64,000 nt of DNA. Source: a virus. Below, in pieces: positions 54,197 to 63,608 of the stretch. The position numbers and the translations under genes are program-made. Below the pieces are notes generated by a model. It worked only from the letters and a program-made list of their open reading frames with translations, was not told the DNA's origin and did not search any database. The stretch's first letter is position 1, and each line of letters starts with the position of its first letter. The stretch covers positions 1 to 64,000 of IMG/VR virus record IMGVR_UViG_3300042691_053984; one strand, written 5' to 3'.

Positions 54197-55225
54197 AAAA
54201 TGTTTTTTTCCTTGAGTTCATCATCAAAAACAAGTCTTATCTTCAACTCAGGATTAGACTTTTTTATATTTTCCCATTTTTTTTCATTTAAACTAAAGTG
54301 ATATTTATTTTTGATATCAATATATTCATCGGAATCAGGAAGGTAAAAATCTGGATAGTATGATTTCTCTGAACCGTTTTCATCCTTATACTTGATTCTT
54401 CCTTTGTGGGCTACAAAATTTACTCCTTCATTTTGTAGCCATCTTGCGTATGCAAGTTCCCATGTTCCCTGTAGCTTACAAATGGAGCCGTCAGATTTTT
54501 CAAAGTCAAACCATTTACACTTTCCTACTTTGACGCCATCAAACTTTCCTTCAGCCCAAGCCTTTTTTACAAGTTCACGTGTCATGTTTTTAAAATTTTC
54601 ATCTGACTTGAACCTTTCAGATCTTTTCTTCCCTGCTTTGACTGCAATCTCGGGATTTTTCATCGGATTTTTTTCACCTGAAATATATCCTTTTTCAAGG
54701 TGAGTCTTTGAAACCTTTTTTGCCCACTCAGGATGAGTTTCTTTTGTTCGATAAGTTTTTCCAAACGATGGATTTTTTTCTCCGGTTTGGAATAGGCTCA
54801 CACATTTTGTAGAACAAAATTTTCTTTTTCTTTCTTTGTAAGAAACTGTGAACAAAACTTGGCAGTTTTTACAACTTATGTCAATTTTTTTCATACCCAT
54901 AGGTATTGGCGGTCATTGCTTTTCATATGGTAAAAAGTTCATCTGTTTCTAAAATTTCAGATGCTTGAATGAGCAAAATTTGATTGTTTCTCTTGATTGG
55001 TAGGATATGACACGGTGTACAGGTTACTGACGTTTCAGTACCGTTGACAATGACTGTGAATTTGATCACTTCACCATGATAAGCACGAGCATGAATTTCT
55101 TCAACTCGCTTAGTGTTCGTTTCATTTAAAGTGTGATTTGAACTAATGACTGAATCATATGGTTTGATATCTTGAACTAAGACGCTGCCTTTTTCGGTTA
55201 GCACGGCGGTGTCACCGACAATACA
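54065..55225 (-). mobile_element. fractured-gene cassette: IntN - mini-ORF - endonuclease - IntC
   Basis: Removing 55225..54065 restores GYGGH-CFPKD in frame. Confidence 0.88.
54193..54894 (-). CDS. free-standing endonuclease (Zn-binding + NUMOD3-like + PD-(D/E)xK) between intein halves
   Basis: CKNC..FCSTKC, GEKNPSFGK, GEKNPMKN, LQGTWELAYARWL...YYPDFYL...YIDIK. Confidence 0.82.
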   Translation of the reverse strand: MKKIDISCKNCQVLFTVSYKERKRKFCSTKCVSLFQTGEKNPSFGKTYRTKETHPEWAKKVSKTHLEKGYISGEKNPMKNPEIAVKAGKKRSERFKSDENFKNMTRELVKKAWAEGKFDGVKVGKCKWFDFEKSDGSICKLQGTWELAYARWLQNEGVNFVAHKGRIKYKDENGSEKSYYPDFYLPDSDEYIDIKNKYHFSLNEKKWENIKKSNPELKIRLVFDDELKEKNIL

Positions 55226-55975
55226 ATGCCCGCCGTACCCACGATCCCCATCGGGACCGGGAACTGACCAATGAGAATTTCCCAATCTTACATCATACTT
55301 TGCGTATTCAACGACTTTATCGTAGTCAATGTTTAGACCGTCCTTATCCAAAGCCTCACAAATTTGCGACATCTCGTTCGCAAATGAGACCTTTGTGGCT
55401 AAGAAACAATTAGTCACGTACTTCACCATTTCCGCAGTAGTTGAAGACGTTTTGATGAGCGGAACCTTGGGAAATGCTGTTTGAAACACTTGCTTTACCC
55501 TGTTGATCCAGGGCCGAGGTCCACCGAGGATTATTCGATTCTGGTTTCTCATGTCATCGAGGGCGTTTGCCTCTGTGAGGAACTCAGGATTGAAGACAAC
55601 CTTGAGACCGGTTCCTTCAAACTTTTTGTTCCAACTCTCTGTGGAACCGGGTGGTACTGTTGACTTTACTACCGCGATTCGTTCTCCGGGGATATCTGCC
55701 AGCTCCTGAAGCACACCACCCACGATGGACAGGTCGGCCTCTCCGTCCTCATACATGGGAGTGGGTAAACACACAAAGTAAACCCCTGAGAAATTATCTT
55801 GTGCCTCACAAGAGGCCACAAGATCACCCGTAGATGCTGCATTTCCAAGGCTGCCTTCGGCACACTTTCCCGCCTTGTCATATGTGTGAACCTTGAAACC
55901 TCTTTCCGAGAAAACAGTGGTGATTGAACCACCTACGAAACCTTGACCGATCACAGCGATAGAATTTTGAGACAT
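54923..55975 (-). CDS. UDP-glucose/GDP-mannose dehydrogenase family N-extein fused to split-intein N-fragment (100 aa)
   Basis: IAVIGQGFVGG, CLPTP, KSTVPPG, FNPEFL, AEMVKYVTNCFLATKVSFANE, GYGGH|CIVGDT (block A), TPCH (block B), then stop. Confidence 0.92.
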   Translation of the reverse strand: MSQNSIAVIGQGFVGGSITTVFSERGFKVHTYDKAGKCAEGSLGNAASTGDLVASCEAQDNFSGVYFVCLPTPMYEDGEADLSIVGGVLQELADIPGERIAVVKSTVPPGSTESWNKKFEGTGLKVVFNPEFLTEANALDDMRNQNRIILGGPRPWINRVKQVFQTAFPKVPLIKTSSTTAEMVKYVTNCFLATKVSFANEMSQICEALDKDGLNIDYDKVVEYAKYDVRLGNSHWSVPGPDGDRGYGGHCIVGDTAVLTEKGSVLVQDIKPYDSVISSNHTLNETNTKRVEEIHARAYHGEVIKFTVIVNGTETSVTCTPCHILPIKRNNQILLIQASEILETDELFTI

Positions 55976-56034
55976 CACGACCACTCCTGATTTGTTAATC
56001 AACGTAATTTAAGACATTTAAATGTTCATGTGAA

Positions 56035-56976
56035 TCACGTTAATTCTACCCAGTCCAAAACCGTCGCCGTCTCCGGTCTGATTGGGTTCTTTAGCCAATT
56101 GCCGTTCTGATCGATTGGATTGTTGAAACCGATTGGTCTTGCGACTGCCTCAATTGAATTCGGGTAATTCAAATCATGGTCGCCTTCATTTATGTATTCG
56201 TAGTACTTCCACCCGGTTTCATCCTTTGCGGGCCAATATGCACCATAACGCTTGTTTCCTCTCACTCTGCCTTGCGTGCCTCTTATATCGGTGTATATTG
56301 CAACGGCCTGAGGAACGGCTGAAAGAGTGGCAACGTAATCTTTCATCTTACCCTCTGACATCAACTTCTTGACCTTGAATCGCATTTCATTCTCGGAATC
56401 CATTCCGCCTTCGTGATTTACGTTCTTTTCATGCCACGGTGCTATCTGTTCAATGACAGCTCTGCTGTAGATTGCATCTGCTGACGGACAGATCTTGTCG
56501 CGTGTCAGGTCGGCAAAAAACCTGTTCTTACCTGAGGCAGGTTGTCTTTCAGGTGAAAATTGCCTGATGTCATGGGATCTATGAGTGACCTGTCGTTGTG
56601 CGTCTAACGTGTAAGATCCCACGATGTCAACGTTCATTTCCAAAAATGACATCACGTCTTGCAACCAACCGTTCAAGACAAATTGCATGTCCCCCTGCAA
56701 CATGCAAATATAGTCCCCAGATGCCATCGAGACTATCTTATTTAATCCGATTGCAAACTCATTGGCGTAATTTCTCGTGCCTTGTCTGATCACCTTTACA
56801 CCTCTCTCTTCGAGGCTCAGAAGGTAATCTGACGTTCCATGCTCGATAGATGCATTATCGATGACGATCAATTCCTTGTTTTCGTAATCTTTGGTGGTGT
56901 CTATCAGCGACTCAAGGCAACTTTTAAGATAATAAAGCCTGTTGCAATTGACGATTCCAAAGGTGATCTTTTTCAA
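56035..56976 (-). CDS. glycosyltransferase family 2-like (GT-A)
   Basis: ITFGIVNCNRLYYLKSCLESL, VIDNASIEHGT, YICMLQGD; TTG start overlaps upstream stop. Confidence 0.8.
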   Translation of the reverse strand: MKKITFGIVNCNRLYYLKSCLESLIDTTKDYENKELIVIDNASIEHGTSDYLLSLEERGVKVIRQGTRNYANEFAIGLNKIVSMASGDYICMLQGDMQFVLNGWLQDVMSFLEMNVDIVGSYTLDAQRQVTHRSHDIRQFSPERQPASGKNRFFADLTRDKICPSADAIYSRAVIEQIAPWHEKNVNHEGGMDSENEMRFKVKKLMSEGKMKDYVATLSAVPQAVAIYTDIRGTQGRVRGNKRYGAYWPAKDETGWKYYEYINEGDHDLNYPNSIEAVARPIGFNNPIDQNGNWLKNPIRPETATVLDWVELT

Positions 56977-58013
56977 TTTGTCCTCACTGAGTCGATTATT
57001 TCTGCAACGATTGTCGGGAGTGTCTTTGTGATATTCCAACTAGGATAGTGGGATCGAAACTTGGACATGTCACTTATGTAACATATGTGATCTCCGATAC
57101 GCGCTTTGTCCGACACATTAAAGTCTAGTTTATGACCCAAGCTACTCAGGATGCCTATTGTTTCGAGTATCGATGCGTTATTCTGCACTCCGCCGCCGAT
57201 GTTGTAGACTTCGCCCGGGCGTGGGTTTTTCATAAACTCATGGAATGCCGTGCAAACGTCGTATGAATGTATCTGGTCTCTGACCTGCTTTCCTTTGTGT
57301 CCATAAATTGTGTATGGGGTGCCTTTTACTGCACACTTTACGATGTACGACAAGAATCCATGTAATTCAACACCTGCATGCTGTGGGCCTGTGAGGCAGC
57401 CTCCTCTGAACACGCCTACGGGCATACCAAAGTATCGTGCATACTCCTGTGCCAGAAGATCAGCAGATGTCTTTGACACCCCAAATAGAGAGTGTGTCGT
57501 CTGGTCTATTGACATCGATTCGTTGATACCATTGCAATACTTTTCGTCTGCGTAATCGAATCTTGATTCTTTTTCGATCAAGTTCAAACGATTCGGAGTA
57601 TCACCATACACTTTATTGGTGCTGACGTGTACAAACGGAGATTCCGGAGTTGTTAGCCTAGCTGACTCTAGTACGTTTAGGGTACCCACTGCATTCGTGG
57701 CAAAGTCATCATGTGGAATTTTGGCCGCAAGATCGTGTGACGGTTGTGCAGCTGCGTGGACGATGTAGTCCGGCTTATGAATTCCAAATATCTCGAGGAT
57801 TTTTTTGAAATCCCTGATGTCTGAGTCTTCGTGAGTGTAATGAGGGGTTTTGCACAGCTCACTCGTCACAGATGACGTATCGCCGCCAATACCAAAAAAT
57901 GTTTTTCTCATGTTGTTGTCTATACCGACAACACGATGTCCTGCCGCAAGAAAGAATCTTGCGACTTCAGATCCAATCAAACCTGATGCGCCTGTGATTA
58001 AGATTGTTTTCAT
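56973..58013 (-). CDS. NAD-dependent epimerase/dehydratase (CDP-paratose 2-epimerase-like)
   Basis: ITGASGLIG, HAAAQPSHD, STNKVYG, FGVSK, ELHGFL, GKQVRD. Confidence 0.88.
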   Translation of the reverse strand: MKTILITGASGLIGSEVARFFLAAGHRVVGIDNNMRKTFFGIGGDTSSVTSELCKTPHYTHEDSDIRDFKKILEIFGIHKPDYIVHAAAQPSHDLAAKIPHDDFATNAVGTLNVLESARLTTPESPFVHVSTNKVYGDTPNRLNLIEKESRFDYADEKYCNGINESMSIDQTTHSLFGVSKTSADLLAQEYARYFGMPVGVFRGGCLTGPQHAGVELHGFLSYIVKCAVKGTPYTIYGHKGKQVRDQIHSYDVCTAFHEFMKNPRPGEVYNIGGGVQNNASILETIGILSSLGHKLDFNVSDKARIGDHICYISDMSKFRSHYPSWNITKTLPTIVAEIIDSVRTN

Positions 58014-58022
58014 ATCTTTGGT

Positions 58023-58679
58023 TTAAATCTTTGTCAGGTACGATGTGATGCTGGCGTTAAACGGCCTTTTTGGATTATTAGAAATAATTTTTTTGCTCCA
58101 GATTATTTCTACTTTGTCTACTGAACTCTTTATGTCTTCAAAAGAGGTCGCAGAGATGTACGAGCTCTGAAAACGCTCTTTTTGCAGCAAAGAAATAAAT
58201 AAATCATACGTTGTTGGTTGGTTCTCTACGTTATACTCCGGGTAGAATTCCTTGATACTCGTGTGCATATCTTCCATGATGAAGATTCCGCCTTTTTTTA
58301 GGTTTGGCCACAAAACCTCAAGCGCATTTTGCTGCTGTCTCATTGTGTGACCGCCGTCATCTATGATCACGTCAAATTCTCCCAATTTTTCTGCAAAAGA
58401 TTTCAAGGATTCTTTGCTATCACAGTCAACAATGTGCATGGTGACGTTGTTTAGATCTGACAAGTTGATCTCATTTATGTCAACGCAATGTATCTCAGCG
58501 TTTGGAAAATATTCCCTCCACATCCTGATGCTTGCACCCTTGAAGACCCCGATTTCAAGAATTTTAATGTGAGAGTCTCTTAGGTGAGATAAAATTTTTT
58601 CATAATGTGGAAGATAGAAATGTGTGACTTTGTCAGTTTCAAACTTTTTACCAATACTCAGCAGATCATTGTTTGACAT
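58023..58679 (-). CDS. class I SAM-dependent methyltransferase
   Basis: ILEIGVFKGASIRMWREYFPNA, DVIIDDGGH. Confidence 0.85.
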   Translation of the reverse strand: MSNNDLLSIGKKFETDKVTHFYLPHYEKILSHLRDSHIKILEIGVFKGASIRMWREYFPNAEIHCVDINEINLSDLNNVTMHIVDCDSKESLKSFAEKLGEFDVIIDDGGHTMRQQQNALEVLWPNLKKGGIFIMEDMHTSIKEFYPEYNVENQPTTYDLFISLLQKERFQSSYISATSFEDIKSSVDKVEIIWSKKIISNNPKRPFNASITSYLTKI

Positions 58680-58704
58680 AAGCTTTCCTTTAGTTGCCGT
58701 AGGA

Positions 58705-59388
58705 TTATAATCCGCACATTTTATGTGTTTCATCCATGTCTAGTAAACACACCCAAAGTTCAGGCAAATACCTCCAGTTATCAGAAGACGGGGACGATGG
58801 GTTCTTGTTTTTTCTAAAATCCACTAAAAATCCATGCGTTTTCATGAGATTTTCTTTACTAGGATACGGTAGGTTCTTTACGTGTGAAGCTGTCGTCCAC
58901 CAAAAATTTCCTGAATAGTTTCTTGCTACTTTATTTTTAACCTTATATGCTTCGGAGAATCTTGTTCCCACCGAATTGTGATGTGCCAACTTTTGCCGGC
59001 AAGTTTCGTGACTGTGCACCACACAATTAAGCATCGATTGTGTCCATTCACATTTCTTGTTGATCAGTGAAGGTTTTGAGGCATTTTTAAGGTGCATGTA
59101 AAGTATTTGATCGTCATCATTCATTTCACTTGCGTCACTTGCCATTTTTTCCAACGTGGGAAATTCATAAGAATACCTGTCGTTAACGTGATTAACGTGA
59201 AAAACTTTTTCGTAAGTAGAAAAATCAGTTTTTAAATCAGTCTTGTTTCCAACTGTTACAACTCGTATTTCTTGCAGGTCTTCTAGCAATTTTGCTTCGA
59301 CGATTTGCCTGTAAATATTTTGAAAAATTTCGTGTGAAAACTTTCCGCTATCGGAAGAAACGAGGTAGTGCATGTAGCAATAATTCAT
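58705..59388 (-). CDS. putative glycan-modifying protein / glycosyltransferase
   Basis: ILYMHLKNAS and YSGNFWWTTA motifs; island context; ATGA-coupled. Confidence 0.5.
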   Translation of the reverse strand: MNYCYMHYLVSSDSGKFSHEIFQNIYRQIVEAKLLEDLQEIRVVTVGNKTDLKTDFSTYEKVFHVNHVNDRYSYEFPTLEKMASDASEMNDDDQILYMHLKNASKPSLINKKCEWTQSMLNCVVHSHETCRQKLAHHNSVGTRFSEAYKVKNKVARNYSGNFWWTTASHVKNLPYPSKENLMKTHGFLVDFRKNKNPSSPSSDNWRYLPELWVCLLDMDETHKMCGL

Positions 59389-60359
59389 AAAATAAATAAT
59401 GCTTGACTCGTCATAGACGACACCTTTGTGTCTATTATGTTTATTGCCCGCTGGATCATGAAATCCATGGTTAGTTCTTGTTGAATTTCTGATACGTTTT
59501 TTTCTAATTCTTTCCATCTATCGTCGAGAAGCAGTTCATCAATCTTTCTTTCCATAGAAAGGAAGTCAAGATCGTATCCCATCGATGAATAGTGAATATT
59601 TTCTTGGCATGTCCATGGCGTGATTTGCTGTTTTAACGCCAAGACACACTTTTCAAGTACCATATATTCATAAAATTTTCTTGAAGAAAGGCCGATTCCA
59701 GGTAGATCTATACAAATCTTGCTTCTACTGATATAGTCATAAAATTCATGTGGTTGCAATATTTGATCAAAAATCTGAACGTTTAGATCTTTTCTTCTGC
59801 TTTTTATGTCATTAAGCACTTGATAGCCCCTGTTTGATGCACCGGGCCACCATCTTTTTGGGTCACGATTTTTAGGCCACGCATGTGGCTTTAATTTAGC
59901 AAACTTCGATCCTCCAGCAAAAAATACATCAATATCTTTGTCAGATTGTGACAACTTCTTCTTTGTACTTTGAATTGTGCGCGGGTCATTGCTAAAAATT
60001 CCTAATGCATGAACGTCTGATTTGAAAGGGTAGAATTGATTGTATTCTGGGTCTGTGTTTACTTGGGATTTCAGTACCAGCACGTCTTGCGGTTTATACG
60101 ATTCAAGGACGTTGTTGTAGGCAGACCAAATGATTTTGCAATCTGCGGTCGTGCCCCCACTCCCGTCATCGGCGTCTATCAGTACCAGTAACCTTTTTTC
60201 GTTTTTTTCGTAAATAAAGGCACCAAAATTTTTTCCTAAATTTTCAGTTGAAAGCCGGTGATCAAGTTTTGAATGGCCTGTCAATATTCTTTTATGCAGC
60301 TCTGATTGAAAATTTAAGATGTGATCTCGTGTATTAATTCCAAAGTGAGTGATCATCAA
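59385..60359 (-). CDS. putative glycosyltransferase (GT-B C-terminal-like)
   Basis: SKICIDLPGIGLSSRKFYEYM..CVL. Confidence 0.55.
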   Translation of the reverse strand: MMITHFGINTRDHILNFQSELHKRILTGHSKLDHRLSTENLGKNFGAFIYEKNEKRLLVLIDADDGSGGTTADCKIIWSAYNNVLESYKPQDVLVLKSQVNTDPEYNQFYPFKSDVHALGIFSNDPRTIQSTKKKLSQSDKDIDVFFAGGSKFAKLKPHAWPKNRDPKRWWPGASNRGYQVLNDIKSRRKDLNVQIFDQILQPHEFYDYISRSKICIDLPGIGLSSRKFYEYMVLEKCVLALKQQITPWTCQENIHYSSMGYDLDFLSMERKIDELLLDDRWKELEKNVSEIQQELTMDFMIQRAINIIDTKVSSMTSQALFIL

Positions 60360-61123
60360 GTTGTCCTGTTTTCAATTCTTCCAATTAACCTTAATTTTCT
60401 TAATTCATCAATTTCAGGTGCCTCTATTATTCCTGGTATTTTTTTGTAGTTTGTTGACCTATATTCGACTTTTTGCTCATTAGCAACGGGAACGTAGTAA
60501 TACGTAGCCAAAGACTTTCTAGATTTATCTTCTGGGCAGTTTAGAGGCTCTGGGTGTCCGTGGTTTGACGTCTGGTCTGTTCGAAAGATAACCATTCTTC
60601 CAAACAACGGTGAAATCTTTTTTACGCATTGCGACATCTTTGCGTCCCACATCTCAAGATCACCACCATATGATTCTTTCCAATCAGCATTCAAATATAA
60701 GATTACGTTTAATTTTCTAAACGCATTTAACTCTTTATGAATATTGAAGTCTTCATGAATGTCAAGTTTTCCGCCCCGCAAGATTTGGTGTAAGCCACCA
60801 CCGTTTAATTTGGGATCAGCTATTATCCCATAAATCCCAGAAATTTCTTCTAAAAAATTTATGAAGTCTTTTGACTTCATAAATTCAAAAAAATTATGAA
60901 ATATTACAGGTAATTTTTCAATTTCATTGAAAGCCAACTTTTTTTCTAGTGGGTTGTCGTACAACCACCACACTTTTTCAGTTGAGCTTGGAAAATTTTC
61001 CAACAATTCATGCAAAAATTCTTGTGTAAACAAATCATCTATTACGATGTGATTAAATGGTGTGGATGTTGCAAATATTTTTGCATACTGATTTGATAAA
61101 TTTTTTAAATTTTTTTTTAGCAT
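60356..61123 (-). CDS. 2OG-Fe(II) dioxygenase
   Basis: LDIHEDFN (HxD), NVILYLN, GGDLEMW, NHGHP, RKS. Confidence 0.88.
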   Translation of the reverse strand: MLKKNLKNLSNQYAKIFATSTPFNHIVIDDLFTQEFLHELLENFPSSTEKVWWLYDNPLEKKLAFNEIEKLPVIFHNFFEFMKSKDFINFLEEISGIYGIIADPKLNGGGLHQILRGGKLDIHEDFNIHKELNAFRKLNVILYLNADWKESYGGDLEMWDAKMSQCVKKISPLFGRMVIFRTDQTSNHGHPEPLNCPEDKSRKSLATYYYVPVANEQKVEYRSTNYKKIPGIIEAPEIDELRKLRLIGRIENRTT

Positions 61124-61130
61124 AAAGAAT

Positions 61131-61871
61131 TTAAACCTTATATTTTAAAATTAAATCTAATGCAATTGATTTAAATTGTTTATCTAACAGCTCTGCATTC
61201 TGTATCACACAGTGACCGCCAATACCATTAGTTGGTGGAGTTAAAACCGGCCTTACAACATTTGTTTTCCCAAGTTTTTTATAACCGTCATTGTAGGTAG
61301 AGTTATAAAACGTCATGACATCGCTAAAGTCTGCGTCAAAATGTTCGCAAGCCTTGAGCGCTTCGCCGTGATATGCAATGCATAATCCATAATAGCTTGT
61401 GTCAAGTAATTTGGCTAATTCGCTTGTTTCAGCATTTTTACACACACGATTTTTTATTCTTAAAAAATCAAAGTGTTCTGAAACTTTCGTGGCATCTGCA
61501 TGGACAGGCGAACCGATTAATTTTTCAAAAGTCAACAGTCCTTCATACAGGTGAGGATGCACCCCCCTGCACGGGGAGTGTGCAACAATTGTGTTTGGCA
61601 ACCTTTCTTTTATTTTTGAAGTTGTGCCTATTGCCACCGTAGAGTGAATAATCACGACCTTTGCGCAAGATTCAATGACATTTTGCACAACAGCTTCTAC
61701 AAAATCAAAAGATTCATTGTATGGAATTGAGACGTTTAAAACGTCTAATGATATTAGCCCATCATTTCTTTCGATGTCTTTGACAAAGATATTAAATTTT
61801 TCATCAGCTAGGTAAAGCTGATGGATGGCTTTTCCAATTTCTCCGTACCCTAAGATGCCAATTCTCATCAT
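61131..61871 (-). CDS. nucleotide-sugar dehydrogenase family protein (intein-free)
   Basis: IGILGYGEIG, IHSTV..GT, HSPCRG, ELAKLL, GIGGHCV. Confidence 0.8.
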   Translation of the reverse strand: MMRIGILGYGEIGKAIHQLYLADEKFNIFVKDIERNDGLISLDVLNVSIPYNESFDFVEAVVQNVIESCAKVVIIHSTVAIGTTSKIKERLPNTIVAHSPCRGVHPHLYEGLLTFEKLIGSPVHADATKVSEHFDFLRIKNRVCKNAETSELAKLLDTSYYGLCIAYHGEALKACEHFDADFSDVMTFYNSTYNDGYKKLGKTNVVRPVLTPPTNGIGGHCVIQNAELLDKQFKSIALDLILKYKV

Positions 61872-61890
61872 AAAACCCCAAAGTTGATGA

Positions 61891-62778
61891 TCATAATAAT
61901 CTATGATCGTTAGCAATGTTTTTATAAAGTTTAACAATTTCATCTATGTGAAATCGTTTAGCAACCTCGTATGAAGAATCTGATAGGAATTTTCTTTGAT
62001 CAACGTCATCAATTAAAATATTTAGATTTTCTATCAATTCATCAATATTTTGAATTTTTATGTATGCGTTATAGCCAAACTGATCAAAGCTTTCATAAGG
62101 AATACTGATTGTTGGTATTCCATAACTTTGAAAGTTTGATAATTTGGTATTTGGTTTGTATTTTTTTATAGCCTCAATTACGGTACTAGAGTGTGATGAC
62201 TCATCTAAAAAGATGAGACCGATATCAAGAGACATAAAAATTTCATCGCATTTTTCTCTTGTGCTTGGGGAAACATTGACAAAATCAATGTTTTTTTCTT
62301 TACAAAAATTTATAATTTTGTCTGCCTGGCTTAATTGCTCGGGTAGACCTACGTAACCTATTTTAGTTACTTTTTTATTTAAATTTATTTTTTTATAATC
62401 AGTGTTTGTAGTGTGATGGGGAATAACAAAAATAGGCTTTTTTATGAATTGCTCTAATTCACTCTTGCATAAATCATTGTTGACAATGAAAAAATCATAA
62501 ACATCATGACAATAGTTTTTTAGCTGTATGTCTTTGGCTCCTCTAAAAAAAGCGTCGCCGACGGGCATGTCTAAAATGTCATAGCCTATGATTTTATTGT
62601 TTTTTTTATTTAGTTCAGCAATACCTGGAATGTGATTTCTAATCATTATTGAAAATTGATTTTTGCCAACCTTGGATTCATGACTGTTAAAAAATTCAGA
62701 GTTTTCAATTTTAGATGAAATCTGCTTGCCTCTAATGAGGCCTGATGTTCGATCGCTCAATCCTAAAAAATTGATCAT
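61891..62778 (-). CDS. putative glycosyltransferase
   Basis: IGYVG, KPNTKLSNFQSYGIPTI resemble a GT-B C-terminal domain. Confidence 0.55.
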   Translation of the reverse strand: MINFLGLSDRTSGLIRGKQISSKIENSEFFNSHESKVGKNQFSIMIRNHIPGIAELNKKNNKIIGYDILDMPVGDAFFRGAKDIQLKNYCHDVYDFFIVNNDLCKSELEQFIKKPIFVIPHHTTNTDYKKINLNKKVTKIGYVGLPEQLSQADKIINFCKEKNIDFVNVSPSTREKCDEIFMSLDIGLIFLDESSHSSTVIEAIKKYKPNTKLSNFQSYGIPTISIPYESFDQFGYNAYIKIQNIDELIENLNILIDDVDQRKFLSDSSYEVAKRFHIDEIVKLYKNIANDHRLL

Positions 62779-63593
62779 ATTTCTGTTTTACTCGCGATGA
62801 TTACATGTTGGTAAGTTTTACCGCTCCACAACTTGACATACTCTTGCGAACGTAAATTTAGTTTAAATAAAAGTTTTGAAACTTGTTCGACATTTGGTTG
62901 ATAAATATGACCGAATGGTTCTTGATTAAGCGGTCTAGCATCTACAGGAAATGATAGCATCAATTTTCCAGTTGAAGAAATAATCTTTGATATATCAACC
63001 AATATTTGCTCACCTTGCTCTGGCGTTAAATGCTCTAGCACTTCTGCAAACATGATCAAATCAAAAAAATCGCCCTTATACAAGTTTGACAAAGACGTTC
63101 TGTCTGCATCAAAGTAACTTGCATTTATTCCAAAAATAGTCTGTAGCTCAAGATAGCATGGGAGTATATCTGCTGAGTAGAAATCAAAATTTGCCTTGTA
63201 AAATTCTTTGTAGAGAATGTTGCTATGAATTCCGTGGCATGGCCCAATATCTAAATAAGTTTTTGCATTTTCTTTTTTTGAAAGAAAGTTTTCCCATGAC
63301 CATTTAGGTCTAATCCCAAATCCTTTAGACCAAGCGGGTTCAATTAATTCTTTTAGAATCCATTGCTTAATGGACTGTTTTTCAAGCAAAGATAGATCAT
63401 TATAATTTTCAATGAAACTTTTGAACTCTTGCTCTAGTTCTTTAGACATAACATCTGTTCTGTTGTAGCAATAGTTCTCTAATTCTTGGTTTGTGTGTGG
63501 GCAAAAAGTTTTGCCCCATTTTTGAAAAAAATCATTATCAAAGTTCTTTGAATTTAATTTTCTGAAAATCTCTTCATGGGGCATATCAAACAC
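62775..63593 (-). CDS. class I SAM-dependent methyltransferase
   Basis: YLDIGPCHG, FDLIMFAEVLEHL. Confidence 0.8.
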   Translation of the reverse strand: MFDMPHEEIFRKLNSKNFDNDFFQKWGKTFCPHTNQELENYCYNRTDVMSKELEQEFKSFIENYNDLSLLEKQSIKQWILKELIEPAWSKGFGIRPKWSWENFLSKKENAKTYLDIGPCHGIHSNILYKEFYKANFDFYSADILPCYLELQTIFGINASYFDADRTSLSNLYKGDFFDLIMFAEVLEHLTPEQGEQILVDISKIISSTGKLMLSFPVDARPLNQEPFGHIYQPNVEQVSKLLFKLNLRSQEYVKLWSGKTYQHVIIASKTEI

Positions 63594-63608
63594 TCTTTGG
63601 TTTGCAAT

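Noticed and set aside
54923-54925. Stop after IntN as a simple sequencing error or pseudogene
   Set aside because: Both halves have proper splice motifs and typical split-intein lengths, the three ORFs are in different frames joined by ATGA overlaps, and the nuclease has its own complete domain set.
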